The notes under the pieces: model-generated
Seen by the model: only the letters and a program-made list of their open reading frames with translations
What the model was told of the DNA's origin: nothing
Databases searched by the model: none
Translations under genes and position numbers: made by a program
Shown here: positions 1 through 7,221 of the stretch, in pieces
How positions within the stretch are numbered: the first letter of the stretch is position 1
Layout of the letters: each line of letters begins with the position of its first letter
Assembly (NCBI GenBank): GCA_964247135.1
Contig: CAXTTL010000109.1
Coordinates: 4,749-15,694, forward strand
Length of the DNA: 10,946 bases
From: an uncultured Deinococcales bacterium
GTDB taxonomy: Bacteria; Deinococcota; Deinococci; Deinococcales; JAAFIG01
Direction of reading: 5' to 3'

Positions 1-328
1 AAAGCGAACCAAAAAAATGACCAATGTTGCAAAAAATCGCGAAGCAAAACGAAACCCCCAAGCAAAAGCGTTCAAGTCTTAGACACGACTTTCACTTCAC
101 AGCTAAAACCTCGGGATAACCACAGTCAGAAAACAACCCGGTTAAGCCCCACAGCACTTCAACCAGAAAACTACCAATCTTTTTGGTCAAATGTTGTACC
201 TGACAACTAAAACCTAACTACACTACTGCGAACTGGTTGTAAAAAACTGGAAAAGATTGACAAGTCAGGTCAAATCTGACAATCTAAGCGTTAACGCGAG
301 GTGAGACTTAAAAAGCCCTTGGCTGGGC

Positions 329-423
329 AAAAAAGAACCCAACTTTTCAGTTGGGGTGGGAAACGCTAAAAAACCAACGACCTCAGAGACCGTCATTTTA
401 GCGTTTCCCATCCCCAGATGCAA
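329..423 (-). ncRNA. Putative small RNA cassette A (promoter, ~60 nt RNA, intrinsic terminator)
   Basis: Minus strand: TTGCAT (423-418), 17 nt spacer, TAAAAT (400-395). Downstream hairpin CCCAACT-GAAA-AGTTGGG (355-338) is followed by TTCTTTTTT (337-329). A 15 bp perfect inverted repeat (357-371 / 396-410) overlaps the promoter. Confidence 0.5.
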
Positions 424-676
424 GCCCTCAAGGCTTGAAGTCCTAGATTGTTGCCTCGAAATGGGGTGTAAGCCGTTGGAAACGTTACAACAGACCACTA
501 AGCTCTCTTCAAGCCTTCTAAATTTTTTTGATAATTCTTTCACAAACAAGTTACGCCCCCCTCATTTTCAAACCTCCATCTCACCCCTTCACCCTACCAA
601 GCTCGGGCCAAAGCATTTCAACACCCAAACCCTCAAATTTGACAGCCCCTCAGTGAAACTTGCCAAACTGAACGTC

Positions 677-1219
677 ATGACAAAGTATTGCCCAAAAACG
701 ACAATCTCAAGTACACCCATTGAGCTTTTAAAACTCGAGGTCTTCAACAAGCTCGAGTCGCGCCTTCAAAACCTACGCTCGAGGTCCGAGGAGGCAAGCC
801 AAGTCGCTGATCTGGTGATCAGCCAGCCCAGCATTCGCCAAGCACCCGAATTTGTCTACTTGGCGATGCAGGAAGGCGCGATCACTCGCCAGAGACTCGA
901 GCGAGCCGGCTACAAATGCAGCGACTCAGTGAGAAGCTGGCTGGGGCAACACTGGACTCACCTGAACGCCTATTTTGAACTGCTCGACTTCGTGCGGGTC
1001 ACCAGCGACATTACGTTTTTGCTGCTGGCAAAAGTCCACGACGCGCAACCAATGTTCTTGCAACACGAAATGAACTTGAGTCGCGCGGTCAACGCCAAGC
1101 GCAAGGTCAAAATACCAAGCGTTGTCCACTTTCACCTCGAGCCTCGAGATGAAAATTGTAGTATTGTCAGCATTATGTCCGCATATCCAGAATTAGCCCA
1201 GGAGGCAATCGGAATGTAA
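677..1219 (+). CDS. Hypothetical protein (~180 aa) upstream of rep
   Basis: The ORF track gives 356..1219, but the first ~107 codons are low-complexity, cross cassette A and lack the CTCGAG sites typical of coding DNA here. The in-frame ATG at 677 opens a globular-looking segment. No family recognised; start uncertain. Confidence 0.55.
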   Translation: MTKYCPKTTISSTPIELLKLEVFNKLESRLQNLRSRSEEASQVADLVISQPSIRQAPEFVYLAMQEGAITRQRLERAGYKCSDSVRSWLGQHWTHLNAYFELLDFVRVTSDITFLLLAKVHDAQPMFLQHEMNLSRAVNAKRKVKIPSVVHFHLEPRDENCSIVSIMSAYPELAQEAIGM

Positions 1220-1221
1220 CC

Positions 1222-1309
1222 AAATGAAGAACCCCACCATTTCTGGTGGAGCGCAACGACCTGCTCTTCGAATGGCAAAAGTCTAGCGCTCCAACGCCCC
1301 CGGTGTCAA
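1222..1309 (-). ncRNA. Putative antisense small RNA cassette B (~50 nt RNA)
   Basis: Minus strand: TTGACA (1309-1304), 18 nt spacer, TAGACT (1285-1280). Hairpin CCACCA-GAAA-TGGTGG (1249-1234) is followed by GGTTCTTCATTT. Confidence 0.55.
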
Positions 1310-1407
1310 GTCTTTGGCTTGCATCTCACGTCGGCTATTTCCTGACTCAATCTTAATCGTTGGGATGACCGACCGACCACGCTCGAGGAGGTTAGACCAT
1401 GTAAACC

Positions 1408-1517
1408 AAAAAAAACCCCACCATTTCTGGTGGAGCGCTATCAGCAATCGATTGTCGCAGATCGAAAGCAGTCATTCCGATAGCCCAAACGATAGCGCTC
1501 CGACGCCTCGGTGTCAA
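1408..1517 (-). ncRNA. Putative antisense small RNA cassette C (~75 nt RNA), counter-transcript to the rep leader
   Basis: Minus strand: TTGACA (1517-1512), 17 nt spacer, TATCGT (1494-1489). Hairpin CCACCA-GAAA-TGGTGG (1433-1418) is followed by GG and T8 (1415-1408). Confidence 0.62.
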
Positions 1518-1563
1518 GTCAAAAACTTGCACTTCACGTTAAGCATTGTCGTTAGGAGCTACC

Positions 1564-2931
1564 ATGTCCATCCAGCACAGCAAACCGCCCAGCAGCCCTC
1601 GAGCCTGGCCCTGCGCCCACCTCTCCCCTGTCGGCGACTGGTGCCGCCACGCCGCCAACACCAAATGCCCGATCGTCACAGGCAACCCCTGCCTCGAACA
1701 CCTCGAGTTTGAAAACGCTCCACAGTCAAAACTCGAGATCGAACCCAAAGCTGCTGCACAGCCCTTCCCAGAGTCCTTTGAAGCCCTCAAGCGTGCGCGC
1801 ACCCAAGCCTGCAAACCCAGCCGCGCCCAACTCGAGACGAGAACGTTCAACCAACAGTTGCAGGCAAACCTCGAGCACCAACAGTGGCCAGAGCGACTCA
1901 AAGCCTCTCTCGAACCTCACGTCCTTTTCGAGCAGATCACCGAGGAACTCGAGGTCACGACAGAAGCGGCTCGAGCGCTGGCAGAGAAGCATGTTGACGC
2001 ACTGCTTGATACAGGCTGGCAACTCTTGTTGGGCAAGACCACCAAACTGATTCGATTCTTGCTGGTCGAGAACCTGATGGCTCGAGCCATGTTTCACTTC
2101 GAGGCAGAATATGTCTTTGCCACCTATGCGGCATTGGGGAGGCAACTGGGATGCTCGAGCAAAACCATCGAACGACGGCTGTCGCCCAGAGCCAAGAACC
2201 ACGCCTGGGTCAAGTGCTGGATCGGCTGGCATCCGCAGGTCATCACCCGCCCAGACGGGCTGCCGTGTGTCGCCGGAACCATTTTCCGCATTGACTCGAG
2301 CGTCAAGAATTACAACCACGCCATACCAGTGCCCCAGCCATCCAACGCCGCCTTCCAGACCGCGTGGCGTGGGGTAGAAACACTGCCGCAACAGGTGTTG
2401 GCGTTGCAAAAAGACGACCAATTGCCTGTGGTTTCCAATAACCGACAAAAAAACAATGTGATTACAACGTTCCCAAAGAACATGGAATGTTTTGGAATTC
2501 GAGGGACGTTGGTCGTCGAAGGTCGGGACATGCGTCTTTCTACCGCATTGCTTTCTAATAACCGACAAAACGCAATCAACTTTGACTGGAAAGGCAAACT
2601 CTCAAACTCGAGCACGTACCACGCTCGAGCGCTCGAGCAGGCGGAAGCAATAAGCTCGAGACTGGGCGACCAAAAATCAACACCATTCTGGTACACCGTG
2701 TTTCGCAAGGCGTTGATTGATGGCTCGAGCACGGTGCCAGTCTTTGCCGCCGTGTCGCAAGCGCTCGAGGCTCGCAAGGTGGGCATGATCACACGCTCGA
2801 GCGTCGGAGGTTATGCGGTGGGCATCCTGCAACGCAGCGGATATTTGAGTCCTAAAAACCCAGCAACACTAATGCTCGAGCCTCAAAAGGGCGTGCTCGA
2901 GATGACTGATTTGCGGGTTGTCACGGGCTGA
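1564..2931 (+). CDS. Putative plasmid replication initiator (Thermus/Deinococcus RepA-like, HTH), 455 aa
   Basis: SD AGGAG (1554-1558) precedes ATG 1564. HTH-like segment TYAALGRQLGCSSKTIERRL. The C-terminal AEAISSRLGDQKSTPFWYTVFRKA...GGYAVGILQR resembles, from memory, the C-terminal domain of Deinococcus-Thermus plasmid Rep proteins. Confidence 0.65.
   Translation: MSIQHSKPPSSPRAWPCAHLSPVGDWCRHAANTKCPIVTGNPCLEHLEFENAPQSKLEIEPKAAAQPFPESFEALKRARTQACKPSRAQLETRTFNQQLQANLEHQQWPERLKASLEPHVLFEQITEELEVTTEAARALAEKHVDALLDTGWQLLLGKTTKLIRFLLVENLMARAMFHFEAEYVFATYAALGRQLGCSSKTIERRLSPRAKNHAWVKCWIGWHPQVITRPDGLPCVAGTIFRIDSSVKNYNHAIPVPQPSNAAFQTAWRGVETLPQQVLALQKDDQLPVVSNNRQKNNVITTFPKNMECFGIRGTLVVEGRDMRLSTALLSNNRQNAINFDWKGKLSNSSTYHARALEQAEAISSRLGDQKSTPFWYTVFRKALIDGSSTVPVFAAVSQALEARKVGMITRSSVGGYAVGILQRSGYLSPKNPATLMLEPQKGVLEMTDLRVVTG
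2432..2570. repeat. 19 bp direct repeat inside rep (candidate Rep-binding site or origin element)
   Basis: TTTC(C/T)AATAACCGACAAAA at 2432-2450 and 2552-2570, one mismatch, exactly 120 bp apart. Confidence 0.8.
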
Positions 2932-3221
2932 TAAGTTCGAGCGCCCGGAACACGGGTTGATTCCAGAATTTGGGTTGCTCGAGCATGGAAAGGCTGGTGA
3001 AGACAATGTGAATTGAAAACACGAGATGCCACGGTGCAGGATGCTGAGGGCGGGGATAATTCTTGAACAAGATTTTGGGGGCGGTGAACCCTGCTTGTGA
3101 AAGAAAGTGCGTAGTTATGGCTGGTCAAAACGTGAACGTCGAGGGGTGGTGATTGGAGAATAGTTGGCTGGCAATCCGATAATCACACCTGTTTTACGTC
3201 TCTATTGATGGCTGGGGCAAG

Positions 3222-3227
3222 TAGAAT
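3222..3227 (+). promoter_or_regulatory. -10 box of a leaderless promoter
   Basis: TAGAAT lies 6 nt before ATG 3234 with no SD, the typical Deinococcus-Thermus leaderless arrangement. Confidence 0.7.
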
Positions 3228-3233
3228 CGAGAC

Positions 3234-3938
3234 ATGCTACCAATTGAATTTGTTCAACAGTACCAACGTAAATATCCAAAAAGCTTCACCGTGTTCGAAC
3301 AAATGAGGCTTCAACGCGACAACATTGGCGGCGTGGCCTTGCCAGCCTGGGACACAAGTTGGTGTTTTTTACCACTGCTGGCAAGTCTAGGACATGTCAA
3401 GCGGCACATGCCACGCTCAGAAAATGCCGCAACACAAGACCAAATAACCCTCGAGACCATCATGGTCCACGCGGCTGTCACCTGGCACATCACCAAAGGC
3501 ATCTATCAGGTTCAATCTCAGATCAACGCCGCGTCCAACGATCCTGGGCGTGAACTCAAAATGGCTCAACACTTACCACAATGGTGTTTATACGTCGAAC
3601 ATCCCATGAGGCTGCAATCAAGTTCGGTCAGCGGATTTTTTATTTTCGCCGATTTCGAGCCTGGTTCCAACATCACCCGCCTGATCTTCATTTTTCTGGC
3701 AGACTCAGAACAAGGGGTAAGGGCGATACCAATCATGATCGATTGCGGCGCCACCGATGCAAAGACACAAGAATTAAGGCAAGAACTGGCGATCCCGCTC
3801 GAGCTGCTCTCAAAAATCACCGCCAACGACGCGATATTTTCAAAAGGGCAGCCGAGAAATCCGCAAGCTTTTTTGGCCACCAAAAAAGAGTTGAAATACC
3901 ACGTCGCCTCGTATCCAACGATTTTTAAAGTTCAATGA
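3234..3938 (+). CDS. AcrVA2/FinQ-family-like protein, lacking the C-terminal region (234 aa)
   Basis: Ordered motifs LPAW..WCFLP, TWHITKGIYQV, HLPQWCLYVE, VSGFFIFAD and LIFIFLAD match my recollection of AcrVA2 (AWRNTLGIYQL, NLPDWCVYVD, IKGFWAIYD, LDFVVDTD). The leaderless promoter supports the start. Confidence 0.62.
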   Translation: MLPIEFVQQYQRKYPKSFTVFEQMRLQRDNIGGVALPAWDTSWCFLPLLASLGHVKRHMPRSENAATQDQITLETIMVHAAVTWHITKGIYQVQSQINAASNDPGRELKMAQHLPQWCLYVEHPMRLQSSSVSGFFIFADFEPGSNITRLIFIFLADSEQGVRAIPIMIDCGATDAKTQELRQELAIPLELLSKITANDAIFSKGQPRNPQAFLATKKELKYHVASYPTIFKVQ

Positions 3939-4273
3939 TTGCTCGAGGCGCGAAAACAGTTGAGACAGAATTACAGCCCTGGAATAATCCAGCAATCGGC
4001 AACCAAGGTTGACTGTTTTGACTGAAAAGTTGTCGCGATCACGAAACCAAAACATATCTTTGGCGTCTACTAGGGCACTCTCGAGGCAACAGTACGGCGT
4101 TAAAAGCAACGATCGGAACCAAAACTCAAAACCGAAAAGGGAATCGGTGTCCAAGACGTAAAATAACCACGGAAGGTCACTGTAAAGGGTGTAAAGTGTA
4201 AAAAAGGGCAGGATTTGACAGTGGGTCACTGCAAACCACGAGAATGAATAAAAATTGAGGACTCGAGGTTGAA

Positions 4274-4981
4274 GTGACTGACCAACAAATTTACCCGGCA
4301 ATTGATCGCAGGACGCGCCCAGAGAAACGTATTGCCTGGTCAAAACCAAACACCTGGCAGCTCGAGGTTCAAATGCTGATGGAGGTGCTCAAACGACACG
4401 ACCTCGGCACTTGGAAACACTGCCAACGGGTCGCGCTGCTCGCCAAAGGAGTGTGCCGCGAAATCGAACTGACCCCCCTCATCACCGAACGCATTGAAAC
4501 AGCCGCCAGGCTACACGACATCGGCAAAATCAACATCGACCCGGAACTGATCAATCAAGCCCAAAAACTCAGTCAAAGCCAAATCCAAACCATACGCAGC
4601 CACCCAAACGAGGGGGTCAAATTCATACCCGACACACACGAATGGCAAGACATTAGAATCGGCATTCAGGATCACCACGAACTGTGGAACGGCACAGGCT
4701 ACCCTAACCAACGGCACGGCGAACAAATCAGCCTGACCGGAAGAATCATCACCGTGTGCGACGTGTTTGACACCATCACCTCCGACCGCCCCTACGCCAA
4801 GGCACGCAGCACCGAGGATGCCGTTGCGGAGTTGCAACGCTTCTCGGGGCGACAATTCGACCCGAGACTGGTGGAAAAGTTTGTTCAAAGCCTGAATGCT
4901 TCAAGCAACGCCGCTTATGATTGCAACATTGAAACAGCCTCTTCTACCGAGAGCGCTCGAGGTTCAAATTCAACGCGCTGA
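4274..4981 (+). CDS. Stand-alone HD-GYP domain protein (putative cyclic dinucleotide phosphodiesterase)
   Basis: Complete HD-GYP signature: HCQRVA, LHDIGK, HP..G, HHELWNGTGYP, RIITVCDVFDTITSDRPY, QFDP. GAGGT lies upstream of the GTG start. Confidence 0.93.
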   Translation: MTDQQIYPAIDRRTRPEKRIAWSKPNTWQLEVQMLMEVLKRHDLGTWKHCQRVALLAKGVCREIELTPLITERIETAARLHDIGKINIDPELINQAQKLSQSQIQTIRSHPNEGVKFIPDTHEWQDIRIGIQDHHELWNGTGYPNQRHGEQISLTGRIITVCDVFDTITSDRPYAKARSTEDAVAELQRFSGRQFDPRLVEKFVQSLNASSNAAYDCNIETASSTESARGSNSTR

Positions 4982-5337
4982 CCGGCGAGTCCAGCCAAAT
5001 CCGCAGCCAAAGCCAAACTCGGATGTTTGCGCCAACCGACGCTGCGCTCGAAATCAACATCAAGCATCAACTCGCGGATCAATGACAAAAAAGCTTGGTA
5101 AGGTTCAAACGCACAGGCGGGCACCGCCACCGCCTCAATCAGAAAGTTATACGAGCGCAAATCGTCCAACAAGACCCTCACTCGAGTTTCACGAAATCGA
5201 GGCATCGCCACGGCAAGCGCCTCGAGCAACAACTCGAAACCACTTGATTCAGAATCAGCAAACACGACGGACGCGGGACGATCAAAAACCACGCACCAAC
5301 GATGAAGGTTGGTTGAAATATAAAGCTGTTCAAACAT
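4915..5337 (-). CDS. Hypothetical protein with a degenerate RNase H-like fold (140 aa)
   Basis: TATGAT (5349-5344) lies 6 nt before the ATG (leaderless). The pattern LYIST / WCVVF / ELLLEAL / VRVLLDD / VDFERSVGWRKHPSLALAADLA parallels the RNase HI motif order. Overlaps the HD-GYP 3' end by 67 nt. Confidence 0.6.
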   Translation of the reverse strand: MFEQLYISTNLHRWCVVFDRPASVVFADSESSGFELLLEALAVAMPRFRETRVRVLLDDLRSYNFLIEAVAVPACAFEPYQAFLSLIRELMLDVDFERSVGWRKHPSLALAADLAGLAGQRVEFEPRALSVEEAVSMLQS

Positions 5338-5455
5338 TCAAAGATCATACCGACCCGCACCGAGCCACTGGCAAATTTGACGACATCACAGCCTGAAAAC
5401 GATACTGTAACCACATCAACAAGAGCATCCAAAACGGGTGTTCGGAAAGCGGCAA

Positions 5456-7153
5456 ATGAATAAATACTTCGGATTGACCTTTCTCGCCTGCGCCATCACG
5501 CTCGGCACCGTCTCAGCCACCGTACCCAACGACACCTTGGTGATCCTGGGTAACGCGGAAATCGCCGTCTCGCTCGACCCCGCACTCGCCTACGACGCCG
5601 ACTCGGGCGGATTCCTCGAGAACATCTACGAAAGCCTGGTCGGTTACGACGGCAAGAGCTTAAAAACCCTCAAACCGGTGCTCGCCACCGACTGGAAAAC
5701 CAGCAAGGACAAAAAGTCCATCAGCTTCAACCTGCGCCAGGGCGTCAAATTCCAATCGGGCAACACCATGAACTGCCAGGACGCCGAGTACAGCTTTCGC
5801 CGGGTGCTCGTGACCAACAATGCCGGATCGGCGGCCTGGTTTTTGGCAGAGGCGCTGCTGGGCACATCGAGCAACGCCAACGACGACAAATCCGTCACCT
5901 GGGAGGCGATTTCCAACGCGATCAAATGCAACTCCAAAGGGCAATTGGTCTTCACGCTGACCAAAGTCAACCCCGCCTTCGTCGCCATGACCGCGCACAC
6001 GGTCGGCTCGATTCTCGAGCGCAAGTACGCCGTCGACAACGGTGAGTGGAGCGGCACGGAAAAAGACTGGAAGGGATGGGTCGGCAAAGACCTGTCCCAA
6101 GGATTCCTCAATACCAACACCAACGGCACTGGGGCGTACAAAGTGGTCTCGATCAAGCCAGACGCCGCGCTGTTCACTGCCTTTAAAGACTACTGGGCAG
6201 GTACACCGAAAATCAGCAAGGTCTTGATGCAGAAAGTCGACAGCGAGGACAACAGAATATTGGCCCTCAACAAGGGCGATGCCGACCTGGCGGGCGTGCG
6301 CCGAGTCTTATTGGACCAGCTCAAAGACAACGTCAACGTCGTTGATGACCTCCAAAACCTGGCAACCGATTTTGTGATCATGAACCAAAAAATCGGTGAC
6401 ACAGCAGAATTGGGCAGCGGACAACTCGACGGCAAGGGCATACCAGCCACCTTCTTCAGCGACCTTCACGTCCGCAAATGTTTTGCCGCAACCTACGATG
6501 TGAATTTGATCATCAAAGAAAACCTGCTCGGCAAGGGCAAAGCCCGCACCATGGCGCTGCCAGAGGGGTTCTTGGGTTACGACCCGACCATCAAAACCGT
6601 GCCGTTCAACCTCGAGTTGGCCACCAAGGAATGCAAACTCGCCTGGAAGGGCGCGGTCTGGAAAAACGGTTTCACCCTCAAAGCCGAGTACTTCGGCTCG
6701 AGGGTGCCGACCACCTTCCAAATCATCGCCGCCAACCTGGCAAAAATCAATCCAAAGTTCAGGCTCGAGGTGCAGCGCATCCAGAGCAGCGATTACGAAA
6801 AACTCCAATCCGGCAAGGGGGCAATCTTTTTTGGAGCCTGGTATCCGGACTATTTGGATTCGGACAATTACATCTACGCAAATTACCACTCAAACGGATA
6901 TCAAAGCAGTTTCAGCAATTTCAGTGATAAATCCATCGACACGATGATTGAAAAAGCCCAAAACACCACCAGCACCCAACTGCGCGAAAGCCTCTACAAA
7001 CGCATCGGCAGGCGCGGCGCGGAACTCGTCCCGTACATCCTGCTCGCCGAAGGTGCCAATTACGCACCGGTCTCCAAAGCCTTGAAAGGTTACGAGGAAA
7101 ATTACAACCCCATGCGCAACGGACAAGTGCTCTGGAAATCACTGTCCAAATAA
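5456..7153 (+). CDS. ABC transporter substrate-binding protein, family 5 (DppA/OppA-like)
   Basis: Signal peptide MNKYFGLTFLACAITLGTVSA from ATG 5456. Motifs SLDPALAYD, NIYESLV, PVLATDW, FNLRQGVKF, GTGAYKV, FKDYW, VRKCFA and WYPDYLD. Confidence 0.95.
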   Translation: MNKYFGLTFLACAITLGTVSATVPNDTLVILGNAEIAVSLDPALAYDADSGGFLENIYESLVGYDGKSLKTLKPVLATDWKTSKDKKSISFNLRQGVKFQSGNTMNCQDAEYSFRRVLVTNNAGSAAWFLAEALLGTSSNANDDKSVTWEAISNAIKCNSKGQLVFTLTKVNPAFVAMTAHTVGSILERKYAVDNGEWSGTEKDWKGWVGKDLSQGFLNTNTNGTGAYKVVSIKPDAALFTAFKDYWAGTPKISKVLMQKVDSEDNRILALNKGDADLAGVRRVLLDQLKDNVNVVDDLQNLATDFVIMNQKIGDTAELGSGQLDGKGIPATFFSDLHVRKCFAATYDVNLIIKENLLGKGKARTMALPEGFLGYDPTIKTVPFNLELATKECKLAWKGAVWKNGFTLKAEYFGSRVPTTFQIIAANLAKINPKFRLEVQRIQSSDYEKLQSGKGAIFFGAWYPDYLDSDNYIYANYHSNGYQSSFSNFSDKSIDTMIEKAQNTTSTQLRESLYKRIGRRGAELVPYILLAEGANYAPVSKALKGYEENYNPMRNGQVLWKSLSK

Positions 7154-7164
7154 CTTAACCTGAC

Positions 7165-7202
7165 GCTCGAGCGACCGAACCAAGGGTTGCTCGAGCATTT
7201 TT
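7165..7202 (+). terminator. Intercistronic hairpin (terminator or mRNA stabiliser) after the binding-protein gene
   Basis: GCTCGAGCGACC (7165-7176) pairs with GGTTGCTCGAGC (7185-7196) with one G-U pair, followed by ATTTTT. Confidence 0.7.
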
Positions 7203-7221
7203 ATTGAGACTCGAGGGATGA

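Larger units (their letters stand above)
1200..1539. repeat. Tandem imperfect duplication (units ~1200-1331 and ~1386-1539) with unrelated central segments
   Basis: The 25-mer AACCCCACCATTTCTGGTGGAGCGC is identical at 1230-1254 and 1414-1438. A second block, TAGCGCTCCrACGCC..CGGTGTCAAGTC-N5-CTTGCA..TCACGT, occurs at 1284-1331 and 1493-1539. Both units begin GGAGG-N7/8-ATGTAA. Confidence 0.95.

Noticed and set aside
254-286. TTGACA at 257 with an imperfect dyad as a promoter
   Set aside because: No acceptable -10 at 16-18 nt spacing, and the dyad is weak.
356-676. N-terminal extension of the 287 aa ORF
   Set aside because: No SD, low-complexity S/T/P/K sequence, overlaps cassette A and lacks CTCGAG. 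More likely non-coding.
1230-1438. CCCCACCATTTCTGGTGG hairpins as IS200/IS605 ends
   Set aside because: No tnpA/tnpB in the window, and the hairpins have U-tracts and upstream promoters that fit terminators.
1200-1539. Repeat-spacer-repeat pattern as a CRISPR array
   Set aside because: Only two bipartite units with irregular spacing, and no cas genes. Promoter and terminator elements explain the conserved blocks better.
1314-1712. ORF containing PHHFWWSA...PRCQV as a His/Trp attenuator leader peptide
   Set aside because: The frame is preserved between the two units (24 nt difference), but that has a 1-in-3 chance. Neither unit has an SD-supported in-frame start that is not immediately stopped. 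The peptide is probably a by-product of the DNA motif.
1726-2792. Long minus-strand ORFs within rep (and similar ones within the opp and HD-GYP genes)
   Set aside because: Antisense or alternate-frame shadows of well-supported genes, with no recognisable motifs.
4200-4273. c-di-GMP-I riboswitch before the HD-GYP gene (GGTCAC..GCAAACC)
   Set aside because: Lacks the GNRA-capped P2 stem, the GACGCAAAG motif and the P3 stem.
4896-5396. Plus-strand 166 aa ORF
   Set aside because: Q/R/P/T-rich shadow of the better-supported minus-strand ORF 4915..5337.
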